Assembly (NCBI GenBank): GCA_002710785.1
Contig: PAMC01000018.1
Span: 10,515-74,514, forward strand
Reading direction: 5' to 3'
Length of the DNA stretch: 64,000 nucleotides
Origin: a bacterium
GTDB taxonomy: Bacteria; Patescibacteriota; Minisyncoccia; Phycocordibacterales; UBA918
Shown: positions 26,950 to 34,963 of the stretch, one piece after another
Position numbering within the stretch: the stretch's first letter is position 1
How the letters are laid out: every line of letters starts with the position of its first letter
Translations under genes and position numbers: made by a program
The notes under the pieces: model-generated
What the model saw: the letters and a program-made list of their open reading frames with translations, nothing else
Told to the model about the DNA's origin: nothing
The model's database searches: none

Positions 26950-26963
26950 GCCGCATTTTTTTA
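26939..26963 (+). terminator. Intrinsic terminator overlapping the Fic stop codon
   Basis: ATGCGGCC-ta-GGCCGCAT followed by TTTTTTT. Confidence 0.6.
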
Positions 26964-27007
26964 TATACAGAACGTTGATTCGTTGAAAGATGCGATATAC
27001 TTAACTA

Positions 27008-27262
27008 ATGGAAATGACAGAAGTGTTGCACGCGAATATCTTTTTCATCATCGCGTCGGTAGGAGTGGTGTTGTTTATAATTATTACCAGCCTTATTCTT
27101 TACCACGTGCTTAAGGTAGTGCGGGCGGTTCGACGTATTGTCGAACGGGTGGAGCGGGGTAGCGAGGTGCTGGCTGAAGACATCGAAGACATTCGCCACA
27201 ACCTCAACCCAACTCGACTGATTGGCTTTATCATGAGTATTATCCCCGGGATTAAGCGATAG
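27008..27262 (+). CDS. Small membrane protein (84 aa)
   Basis: One strong TM (IFFIIASVGVVLFIIITSLILY) plus a charged C-terminus. Confidence 0.4.
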   Translation: MEMTEVLHANIFFIIASVGVVLFIIITSLILYHVLKVVRAVRRIVERVERGSEVLAEDIEDIRHNLNPTRLIGFIMSIIPGIKR

Positions 27263-27303
27263 TGCGTGGGCACCCGGTAAATTACTCTGTATACTGCTGA
27301 CAT

Positions 27304-27783
27304 ATGGCAAAGAAAGCAACAAAGAAGACTGCAAAAAAAGCGAAAAGCTTGAGTACGCAACAGAAGGTTGGAATTGGTGTTGGACTCACCACCGCGGCAG
27401 TGGCCGCAGCCGGTGCGTACTTCCTCTACGGGAGTGCCGACGCTAAGAAGAATCGCCAAAAGGTAAAGAGTTGGACGCTCAAGGCCAAAGCTGAAGTGCT
27501 CGAGACGCTCGAGAAAGCACATGAGATGACCGAGGAGGAGTACGACAAGCTCATCGACACTGTGAGTGGTGCGTACAGCCGCCTTAAGGATGCGAGCAAA
27601 GCTGACATCGCTACCTTTAAGCGCGAGATGAAGCATCATTGGAAGGGGATTGAGAAAGTGGCCAAGCCAGCTAAAAAGAAAGCAGCCAAGAAAGCGAAAA
27701 AGGCTACAAAGAAAGCGAAAAAGGCAACCAAAAAAACCACTAAGAAGACTGCCAAGAAGAAGACCACCAGAAAGAAATCATAA
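27304..27783 (+). CDS. Lys-rich (histone H1-like tails) membrane-anchored hypothetical protein
   Basis: N- and C-terminal AKKAxKKA repeats, central TM (VGIGVGLTTAAVAAAGAYFLY); a terminator follows. Confidence 0.5.
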   Translation: MAKKATKKTAKKAKSLSTQQKVGIGVGLTTAAVAAAGAYFLYGSADAKKNRQKVKSWTLKAKAEVLETLEKAHEMTEEEYDKLIDTVSGAYSRLKDASKADIATFKREMKHHWKGIEKVAKPAKKKAAKKAKKATKKAKKATKKTTKKTAKKKTTRKKS

Positions 27784-27785
27784 AC

Positions 27786-27825
27786 AAAAAGCCCGCGACC
27801 TCTGGCCGCGGGCTTTTTGTTTTGT
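27786..27825 (+). terminator. Intrinsic terminator
   Basis: GCCCGCG-acctctggc-CGCGGGC followed by TTTTTGTTTTGTTT. Confidence 0.65.
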
Positions 27826-27859
27826 TTCAGTAGTTTGGGCAGGGTATACTACTCTCACT

Positions 27860-28894
27860 ATGACCGAACAACTCGCCCTCTACCGTAAGTACCGCCCCGA
27901 GAGCTTCAAAGAAGTCCGCGATCAAGACCACATTGTATCGGTGCTCGAAGGGGCGATCAAAAAGCGTGCGGTCCCACACGCCATGATCTTCTCGGGCACG
28001 CGTGGCACCGGCAAGACCACTATGGCGCGAATTGTCGCTCGTGAGCTTGGTGTGGCTGACGTCGACCTCTACGAAATCGACGCGGCGAGCAACCGTGGCA
28101 TAGACGATGTGCGCGAACTCAAAGAGGCGGTGCATACACTGCCGTACCAGTCGGAGAAGAAGGTCTACATCATCGACGAGGTGCACATGCTCACCAAAGA
28201 AGCCTTTAACGCGCTTTTAAAAACTATCGAGGAGCCACCTGAGCACGTGGTGTTTATGATGGCCACCACCGAAATCGACAAAGTGCTCGACACGATTCTC
28301 TCGCGTTGTCAGGTCTTCACGTTACACTCACCAAGTCGCTCAGTGTTAGCAAAGACGGTGACCGACGTAGCCAAGAAAGAAGGCTTTACCCTTAAGCCTG
28401 ACGCAGCCGACATGATTGCAATTGCCGCCGATGGCTCGTTTCGAGATGCCCTCGGAGTACTGCAAAAAGTCATTCTGGCTTCGGGTGATAAAATCGGCGA
28501 CGGCGATGAGGTGGCCGCCATCATTGGCGCCCCAAAAACCGCTGCACTTGAGTCGCTCGTACAGGCCTTGCACGAGAAGGATGCTGCCACTGCGCTTAAG
28601 GCCATTGCCGACGCTGCTGAGAGCCAGACCGACATGGTGCTCTTCACTCGTTTGCTCTTGGAGCGCCTGCGGGCGGTTATGCTGCTTAGAAATGCGCCTA
28701 ACGATGCGGAGCGGATTCTCGCGCAGCTACCCCCGAGCGGAGCCGAGCAGGTAGAGAAGCTTGCCGCCGACGCTGCATCGCCACTTAACTCGCACCTCTT
28801 ACTACGAGCGCTCGAGATTTCCCAGCTGGTCCGCCGCGCCAGCGTCCCCCATCTGCCCCTGGAGGTGTTAGTAGTGGAGGTATGTACTAAGTAA
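27860..28894 (+). CDS. dnaX: DNA polymerase III subunit gamma/tau (short, gamma-like)
   Basis: Walker A GTRGTGKTT, DEVHML box, sensor motifs. Start at MTEQLALYRKYRP downstream of the terminator. The annotated N-terminal extension is rejected. Confidence 0.8.
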   Translation: MTEQLALYRKYRPESFKEVRDQDHIVSVLEGAIKKRAVPHAMIFSGTRGTGKTTMARIVARELGVADVDLYEIDAASNRGIDDVRELKEAVHTLPYQSEKKVYIIDEVHMLTKEAFNALLKTIEEPPEHVVFMMATTEIDKVLDTILSRCQVFTLHSPSRSVLAKTVTDVAKKEGFTLKPDAADMIAIAADGSFRDALGVLQKVILASGDKIGDGDEVAAIIGAPKTAALESLVQALHEKDAATALKAIADAAESQTDMVLFTRLLLERLRAVMLLRNAPNDAERILAQLPPSGAEQVEKLAADAASPLNSHLLLRALEISQLVRRASVPHLPLEVLVVEVCTK

Positions 28895-28902
28895 CACTAT
28901 GT

Positions 28903-29541
28903 ATGAAAAATATTTATTTGGTTCGACACGGTGAGACGTTTTCAAATATCGAGAATAAATGGCAAGGAGAAGACGAGGTTCTTAGTCCGCACGGTGAAAT
29001 ACAGGCAGAAAATTTAGGTCTGCGCTTAGCAAATCTTGATATTGACGTTCTTTTTTCCAGTACGATGAAACGCGCACTTCAAACGAGTAGTTTTATTTCG
29101 AAACATACAGGACTTAAAGTTCTTGAGACTGATTTACTCAGAGAGGAAAAAATCCCCTCATCTCTGATTGGCGTCTCGTACGCAAATGAACCAGACAATG
29201 GAATCAGGGAGTATTTACTTCAAATGCGCGCCAATGCTGACGATAAGAGCTGGCGATATGAAGATGAAGAGAATCCCACAGAGAGGATTGCTAGAGCCCA
29301 AGACGCCTTGCACTTTTTGCAACAACGACCAGAACAAAATGTTCTCGCGGTCTCACACGGTAACTTTCTAAAGTTTATGATTTTGTCGCTTTTGACTCAC
29401 AACCTCGATTTGTTACCGTCACAAGTGTTCTCTATGGCTAGGTGTATCAAATCGGCAAACACAGGCATTACGGTAATTCGCGAAAGGGATGGTGAGTGGC
29501 AGTTGCTTACCTGGAACGACCACGCACACTTTGCAGAGTAG
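28903..29541 (+). CDS. Histidine phosphatase family protein (phosphoglycerate-mutase-like)
   Basis: LVRHGETFSN (RHG catalytic motif) and a C-terminal SHGNF motif. Confidence 0.7.
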   Translation: MKNIYLVRHGETFSNIENKWQGEDEVLSPHGEIQAENLGLRLANLDIDVLFSSTMKRALQTSSFISKHTGLKVLETDLLREEKIPSSLIGVSYANEPDNGIREYLLQMRANADDKSWRYEDEENPTERIARAQDALHFLQQRPEQNVLAVSHGNFLKFMILSLLTHNLDLLPSQVFSMARCIKSANTGITVIRERDGEWQLLTWNDHAHFAE

Positions 29542-29610
29542 TTGGCTTGAAACTTTTGGCAATTCTGGCAGTATGTAGGCCACTTTGCTTTGGCAGGGTA
29601 ACAATTTAAT

Positions 29611-29625
29611 TGGCGGATCGTCTAA
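29611..29625 (+). repeat. 15-nt exact copy of the tRNA-Gln 5' end (tggcggatcgtctaa), 19 nt upstream of the intact tRNA
   Basis: Exact repeat of 29644-29658. Confidence 0.55.
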
Positions 29626-29643
29626 TAGTTTTGTTTGCTAAGC

Positions 29644-29714
29644 TGGCGGATCGTCTAACGGTAGGACGTTGGTTTCTGGCACCAAAAATCGGGGTTCGAT
29701 TCCCTGTCCGCCAG
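29644..29714 (+). tRNA. tRNA-Gln (anticodon CUG), U1-A72; CCA not encoded
   Basis: Hand-folded. Acceptor TGGCGGA/TCCGCCA, D-arm GTCT-AACGGTA-GGAC, anticodon stem TTGGT/ACCAA with loop TTCTGGC, T-arm CGGGG-TTCGATT-CCCTG. U1-A72 is typical of bacterial tRNA-Gln. The leader and trailer extend the acceptor helix by ~9 further complementary bp. Confidence 0.75.
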
Positions 29715-29770
29715 CTTAGCAAAGAAGTAGTAAGACGTTCGTAAAAAGTCCTTCCAGGGCTTTTTGCCTA

Positions 29771-29786
29771 GCACCAAAAAACGGGG
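29771..29786 (+). repeat. Near-copy (15/16) of the tRNA-Gln anticodon-3'-stem to T-stem segment (gcaccaaaaaacgggg)
   Basis: Compare 29679-29694, gcaccaaaaatcgggg. Confidence 0.45.
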
Positions 29787-29878
29787 CTAAAACAGTCCGA
29801 GGGACTGTTTTAGAAGCAGTTTGAGATATTTTGAGTTTGCGAGAAATATCCAAACGCTGCACCGTTCATGTAATGAAA

Positions 29879-29896
29879 GATTCCCTGTCCGCCAGC
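29879..29896 (+). repeat. 18-nt exact copy of the tRNA-Gln 3' end (gattccctgtccgccagc), 164 nt downstream of the tRNA
   Basis: Exact repeat of 29698-29715; this arrangement resembles an attL/attR-type duplication. Confidence 0.55.
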
Positions 29897-29941
29897 ACGT
29901 GAGAAATAAGCGCTTTCGAGCGCTTTTTCTCGTGCTGGCGG
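29889..29941. other. Large hairpin (11-bp outer stem CCGCCAGCACG / CGTGCTGGCGG with an internal AGCGCT-palindromic core) whose 5' arm is part of the tRNA 3'-end copy
   Basis: Seen directly. Confidence 0.5.
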
Positions 29942-30048
29942 ACAAGGAAAGTGCCTACGCACTTTGCGCGGGAATCGAACCCACACCCCGCAACCAAACC
30001 ACACATCAGGCGAAAGAAAAGATTTGCGATGTGCGTCATAATAGCTAT

Positions 30049-31023
30049 ATGCACAAATGTACAACGTTCTTGCTTCTGGTGGCTTTGTTAGTGCCACCGC
30101 TCGGCAGTGAGGCACGCAGCCGCAGTATCGACGCTGATCGGCTGGATGACGACCCGGTTGATGAGATTCCGATTCCTGTTTTATTTGGTGTCGAGTACGA
30201 TGACATCAACCCCGACTTTGGTGATCCGCGTGGTGGCGGCACTCGTTTGCACGAAGGTGAAGACTTTCTGGCTCCCCAAGGAACGCCAATCGTGTCACCC
30301 ACCGAGGCGATCGTGCTCTCGACCGGCACTGGACCAAGTGCGGGCAAGTACGTGTACACCCTAAACCCCGGCGGCGAACGCTTCCGTTACATGCACCTCG
30401 ATTACATTGCCGATCTCGATCGCGGTGACGTACTCGATGCGGGCGACTTTATTGGCACCGTAGGGGACACCGGTAACGCACCAGACGGGGTGTACCACCT
30501 CCACTTTGAGACGAGAGACGACAACAACGACCCGCAAGACCCGTACGACCGACTGGTGGATGGTTTTACGCGGAAAGAGAAAATGTCATTTCTGAGAGAC
30601 ATCTTTCGCGACATTCGTGATGACGAGGAGTACGCGGAGTTTTTAGTGACGACCTTCCCCAATGAATTTCGGGCGGCACTGCAGGCTGACTACGACTTGC
30701 CTCGTGCAGTTGAGCGTGCACTGAAGGAAGAAGGGCTGGTGGATCAGGCGGCAGCACTCGCTCAACTGCAAACGTTGTTGTCGCTTGTACCAGCCAGACT
30801 CACCAGCGAGTTAGGGAACGGTGATAGTGGCAAAGAGGTCATACTCTTACAGTTGTTTTTGATATTCAATACCACTGGTGCTGAGCGCGACCGCTTGGCC
30901 GCAGCGGGCCCCACTGGCTACTACGGGCCAATTACTGCAGCTGCGGTGGCCGCCTATCAGTTAGAGAACGATTTGGCTCAGACTGGGCGCTACGACCGCG
31001 CAACCCGCGGTGCGATGCTCTAG
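30049..31023 (+). CDS. Secreted peptidase M23 with a C-terminal peptidoglycan-binding (PGBD-like) domain
   Basis: Signal peptide MHKCTTFLLLVALLVPPLG; M23 motifs HEGEDF…YMHL…GDTGNAPDGVYHLHFE; C-terminal GYYGPITAAAVAAYQ PG-binding repeat. Confidence 0.75.
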   Translation: MHKCTTFLLLVALLVPPLGSEARSRSIDADRLDDDPVDEIPIPVLFGVEYDDINPDFGDPRGGGTRLHEGEDFLAPQGTPIVSPTEAIVLSTGTGPSAGKYVYTLNPGGERFRYMHLDYIADLDRGDVLDAGDFIGTVGDTGNAPDGVYHLHFETRDDNNDPQDPYDRLVDGFTRKEKMSFLRDIFRDIRDDEEYAEFLVTTFPNEFRAALQADYDLPRAVERALKEEGLVDQAAALAQLQTLLSLVPARLTSELGNGDSGKEVILLQLFLIFNTTGAERDRLAAAGPTGYYGPITAAAVAAYQLENDLAQTGRYDRATRGAML

Positions 31024-31043
31024 CGTTTGCTATACTCAGCGAC

Positions 31044-31382
31044 ATGATTACCATCGAGGATTTTGAGAAAGTTGATATCCGAGTAGGGAAAGTGTTGGCG
31101 GCGGAGGATTTTCCGGAGGCGCAGAAGCCGGCGTATAAGCTGACAATCGATTTAGGTCCAGAGATTGGGATCAAGAAATCGAGCGCACAACTGGTTGGCG
31201 CTCACAGTAAAGAAGAACTTGAGGGCATGCTCGTGATGTGTGTGGTGAATTTTCCGCCCCGACAGGTCGGACCGTTTCGTTCACAAGTGCTGACGCTGGG
31301 CTTTAAAAACGCAGCTGGTGACGGCTGGCTAGTTGCAACACCGAGCAAGCCAGACGTTGAGCTCGGCAGTCGCCTACAGTAA
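31044..31382 (+). CDS. tRNA-binding domain protein (CsaA/Myf-like)
   Basis: VDIRVGKVLAAEDFPEAQKPAYKLTIDLG… pattern of the tRNA_bind OB-fold. Confidence 0.65.
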   Translation: MITIEDFEKVDIRVGKVLAAEDFPEAQKPAYKLTIDLGPEIGIKKSSAQLVGAHSKEELEGMLVMCVVNFPPRQVGPFRSQVLTLGFKNAAGDGWLVATPSKPDVELGSRLQ

Positions 31383-31384
31383 CC

Positions 31385-32026
31385 ATGAGTGCGTACGGGG
31401 TCGATGTGGCGGCTACTCGGGCCGATGATCTAGATAAGAAGGTGCTGGCGGCGGTGGCCGCGCGTGTAGCGCGCGGCCAGCAACCTACGGTGCTCGATGC
31501 TGGTTGTGGAAGCGGCGGGTTAACTGCTCGACTGGCCGTAGCTGGTGCAGATGTGACGGCCGTTGATGTGGCCGACTATGCTACAACCATCGCGAACTTG
31601 CCGATGGCCTCGGGCGGCGTAACATTTACCCAAGCTGATGTACGCGAATTTGTACGTAACACGCAACAGCAGTTCGATTTTGCTGTGCTGCAACGAGTAC
31701 TGCACTACGTGCCATACCTGCAAGCTAAAGAGCTACTCACGCAGCTGGCCACCAAGACCAACACAACGCTATTTGTGTCGGTGACCGGCACCTTGAGTGA
31801 TATTGGTAAAATGTACCCAGCCACTCATCAACCCCTGCCAGAACGCTGGGCAACGCTGCCGCCAGAAGCACAAAAAACGTTCTCGATTTTCGAGCCAATC
31901 TGCCTGTACACAGCCGAAGAGCTTTCTCAGTTACTGCGAGAATGCGGGTGGGAGCTTGATGAGCTCTGGACCTCTGCTTTTGGCAACCATAAAGCGGTCG
32001 CGCGGCCAGCTAATAAGCCAGATTAG
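31385..32026 (+). CDS. Class I SAM-dependent methyltransferase
   Basis: Motif I VLDAGCGSGGLTARLA. Confidence 0.6.
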   Translation: MSAYGVDVAATRADDLDKKVLAAVAARVARGQQPTVLDAGCGSGGLTARLAVAGADVTAVDVADYATTIANLPMASGGVTFTQADVREFVRNTQQQFDFAVLQRVLHYVPYLQAKELLTQLATKTNTTLFVSVTGTLSDIGKMYPATHQPLPERWATLPPEAQKTFSIFEPICLYTAEELSQLLRECGWELDELWTSAFGNHKAVARPANKPD

Positions 32027-32072
32027 CCAGCGGCAGTAACCTGCCGTACAATAGAGGAGTAATAAAAACAGT

Positions 32073-32963
32073 ATGAAAAATCTCATCATTGCAATTCTTG
32101 TTGTTATCTTACTCGTCGCCGGGTGGTACTTCTTTATTCGTCCGAGTACCACTGACGTCATTAATCAGGTTCCCGCAGGTGTAACACCTACTGACCAGCC
32201 AGCCGACGTAACTGACGACACACCAACGCCAGTTGAACCCGATGGCGGCATTGGGGACGGCGCTGGCCCTGTCCCAGTTGTAACGATTGGCCAGTCGGTA
32301 GGCGGCCGCGATATTAAGGCGTATCGATTTGGTAATGGCAGCGTAGACATTTTGGTAGTGGGAGGCATCCACGGCGCGTACGCGCCGAACACCAGCGAAC
32401 TTGCGACCCGTCTCATTGCGCACGCAGAAGAGAACGCCAGCTTTGTGCCCGAGGGAGTGACCTTGCATGTGATTCCAAACCTCAACCCTGACGGCCTCGC
32501 TACCGGTGCCAGCCCAGCTGGTCGCTTTAACGCTAACAACGTCGACCTAAACCGCAACTTTGATTGTGAGTGGCAAGCCGAGGGTGTCTGGCGCAGTCAG
32601 CCAGTATCTGGCGGTGACGCACCATTCTCTGAGCCTGAAGCTGCCGCCCTGCGCGACTACGTGGCAGAGATTACCCCAGCTGCAGCAGTGGTGTACTACG
32701 CAGCAGACGGTGGCGTCTACGCCTCAAGCTGTCGCAACGGTGTCTCAGCTGAGACCCTCGACCTCACCAACACCTACGCTGATGCTGCAGATTACACGGC
32801 GAACGAAGAATTTGATTTCTACGCCATTACCGGCGATGCTGTGAACTGGATGGCAAGCGAAGGTGTGCCAGCTATTAGCGTACTCCTCACCAACTACTCA
32901 GCAACTGAGTGGGAGCAAAACCGCGCTGGTTTGGCTGCGGTGATGGATGTATTTGCTGAGTAG
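32073..32963 (+). CDS. Zinc carboxypeptidase, M14 family (membrane-anchored/secreted)
   Basis: N-terminal TM; motifs VVGGIHGAY…, RFNANNVDLNRNFDCEW. Confidence 0.7.
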   Translation: MKNLIIAILVVILLVAGWYFFIRPSTTDVINQVPAGVTPTDQPADVTDDTPTPVEPDGGIGDGAGPVPVVTIGQSVGGRDIKAYRFGNGSVDILVVGGIHGAYAPNTSELATRLIAHAEENASFVPEGVTLHVIPNLNPDGLATGASPAGRFNANNVDLNRNFDCEWQAEGVWRSQPVSGGDAPFSEPEAAALRDYVAEITPAAAVVYYAADGGVYASSCRNGVSAETLDLTNTYADAADYTANEEFDFYAITGDAVNWMASEGVPAISVLLTNYSATEWEQNRAGLAAVMDVFAE

Positions 32964-32968
32964 ACACT

Positions 32969-33880
32969 ATGCAGGGTAACGTAAAGTTTTACGCGGTAAT
33001 TGGGATCCTGCTCGTGGCGGTTGGTGCTACTAGTTTTGCCCTCTACCAAGCACTCACGCCAGCACCTCAAGTTGCTGAGCAACCAACCACCGAGGTCGAA
33101 CCAGAGCCAACTCCTACTGTTACGCAAGTAGAGATCGGCCGCTCTGTAGAAAACCGCCCGATCGAAGTCTACCGTTTTGGCACTGGCCCCACCAACCTCT
33201 TATTTGTTGGCGGCATACACGGTGGCTACGAGTGGAACAGCAGCCTCCTGGCCTGGGAAGTGATTGACTACCTAACGATCAATCCAAGTGAAGTGCCCGC
33301 CGGTCTGACGGTGCACGTGATACCAGCACTCAATCCTGATGGGCTGGCGCTGGTTACTGGTACCGGCGGACGATTTACCACAGCTGATGTGCCGACCCCG
33401 AGCGAACGTGTGGCAACCGGTCGCTTTAACGCCAACAACGTCGATCTCAACCGCAACTTTGACTGCAACTGGGCACCTGAGAGCACTTGGCGCGGCGCGA
33501 CGGTGAGCGCTGGGAGCGCACCTTTCTCTGAGCCCGAGGCAGTGGCGCTGCGCGACTACGTCGCAACCACCAACCCGGCGGCTGTAGCGTTTTGGCACAG
33601 CCAGGCTGATAATGTTTATGGTTCTGCCTGTAATGGCGGTGTGCTGCCAGCCACTACCGCGCTCGGTACCGCCTACGCCGCTGCCGCCAACTATGGGTAC
33701 GTGAACCTCTTCGATGCCTACCCGATTACCGGCGATGCCGAGGGTTGGCTTGCCAGCTTGAACATCCCGGCCATCACCATCGAAATGGAGTCCTACATCG
33801 ACACCGAGTGGGAACAAAACTGGGCGGGTGTCCAAAGCTGGTTTGATTATTTTGCTGACACGGCGCTTCAGGTCATTTAA
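32969..33880 (+). CDS. Zinc carboxypeptidase, M14 family (tandem paralog)
   Basis: Same motif set (FVGGIHGGYEWN, RFNANNVDLNRNFDCNW); about 45% identical to the upstream copy by eye. Confidence 0.7.
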   Translation: MQGNVKFYAVIGILLVAVGATSFALYQALTPAPQVAEQPTTEVEPEPTPTVTQVEIGRSVENRPIEVYRFGTGPTNLLFVGGIHGGYEWNSSLLAWEVIDYLTINPSEVPAGLTVHVIPALNPDGLALVTGTGGRFTTADVPTPSERVATGRFNANNVDLNRNFDCNWAPESTWRGATVSAGSAPFSEPEAVALRDYVATTNPAAVAFWHSQADNVYGSACNGGVLPATTALGTAYAAAANYGYVNLFDAYPITGDAEGWLASLNIPAITIEMESYIDTEWEQNWAGVQSWFDYFADTALQVI

Positions 33881-33912
33881 GCTTTTGGGTAGACAACCTG
33901 TGCGTATCGGCA

Positions 33913-33940
33913 CCCCGATCAGTCTGATCGGGGTGTATGA
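33913..33940 (+). terminator. Hairpin terminator after the second M14 gene
   Basis: CCCCGATCAG-t-CTGATCGGGG followed by a T-rich TGTATGATT. Confidence 0.5.
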
Positions 33941-33943
33941 TTA

Positions 33944-34960
33944 TTGGTGATGCACCTACTATACCTACGACCCTACACCGGCGAAGCCGACATTGTTAGA
34001 GAATTATTACCAGCCGACATCACGCTAAGCGTGGCCACTGACGTTGAGGAGCTATCGTCCGAAGCACGGGCAGAGGTCACAGCCATCTCAGTCTTTGTAG
34101 ACTTTGAGATCACGGCTGAAATATTAGAGCAGTTTCCCAACCTAACCTTTATTGCTACTCGCTCGGCTGGGTTTGACCATATTGATATTGCTGCAGCTAC
34201 CGCTCGCAACATCGTTGTCTCACGTGTACCGCACTACGGCACGCGCACGGTGGCTGAGTTTGCGATTGCGCTTATGTTTGCCCTCTCGCGCAACGCCTTT
34301 CGCGCCTACACCGACATGCTTCAGCGCAGTGCGATCTCAGAACTCGAGTGCTACGAAGGCTTTGACCTAGCTGGCAAGACCTTAGGAGTGGTTGGCACCG
34401 GCGCCATCGGCCGGAACGTCTGTCAAATCGCTCGTGGCATTGGTATGGAGGTGATGGCGTACGACATTAACCCCGACCAGGAGTTTGCTACTGCTGCGGG
34501 CGTCACCTACGATACGCTCGAGGCCGTCCTGGCTAGCAGTGACATCGTAACGTTACACGTCCCAGCAATGCCGCAGACACACCACCTCATTAATGCTGAG
34601 CGATTGAGTCAGATGAAACCCGGTGCGTACTTGGTTAATACTGCGCGTGGTGAGGTGGTCGACACTCAAGCGTTACTCTCAGCCCTGGAGTCTGATCACC
34701 TAGCTGGCGCCGGACTCGATGTCTTGGAGGGTGAGCATGCGCTACGCGAGGAGGTCGACCTACTGCGTAGCGGGCAGACCGACCCCGAGCTGTGGCAGAC
34801 GCTCGTTGCCGACCACTCACTGATTGATATGCCAAACGTAATCGTGACCCCACACATTGCGTTTAATACTAAAGAGGCCAAACGCGAGATCACCGAAATT
34901 ACCATCGACAATGTTAAAGCCTTTATCGCTGGTTCACCGCAGCGAGTTGTTGAAGCGTAG
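33944..34960 (+). CDS. D-isomer-specific 2-hydroxyacid dehydrogenase (D-lactate dehydrogenase-like)
   Basis: NAD-binding GVVGTGAIGRNV; catalytic R/E/H positions characteristic of the family. Confidence 0.75.
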   Translation: MVMHLLYLRPYTGEADIVRELLPADITLSVATDVEELSSEARAEVTAISVFVDFEITAEILEQFPNLTFIATRSAGFDHIDIAAATARNIVVSRVPHYGTRTVAEFAIALMFALSRNAFRAYTDMLQRSAISELECYEGFDLAGKTLGVVGTGAIGRNVCQIARGIGMEVMAYDINPDQEFATAAGVTYDTLEAVLASSDIVTLHVPAMPQTHHLINAERLSQMKPGAYLVNTARGEVVDTQALLSALESDHLAGAGLDVLEGEHALREEVDLLRSGQTDPELWQTLVADHSLIDMPNVIVTPHIAFNTKEAKREITEITIDNVKAFIAGSPQRVVEA

Positions 34961-34963
34961 TGT

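Noticed and set aside
27650-27790. Tandem AAGAAAGCGAAAAAGGC repeats
   Set aside because: They lie inside the coding sequence for the Lys-rich tail (KKAKKATKKAKKATKK). This is coding low-complexity, not a non-coding repeat or CRISPR.
27650-27859. Annotated 70-aa K/R-rich N-terminal extension of dnaX
   Set aside because: It spans an intrinsic terminator (27786-27825) and the Lys-codon-rich tail of the upstream gene read in another frame. The conserved DnaX N-terminus begins at the ATG at 27860.
29945-30030. Possible minus-strand tRNA suggested by gggaatcgaacccacaccccgc
   Set aside because: There is a T-arm-like segment, but no acceptor-stem partner, D-arm or anticodon arm could be folded. It is probably another tRNA-derived fragment and not an intact gene.
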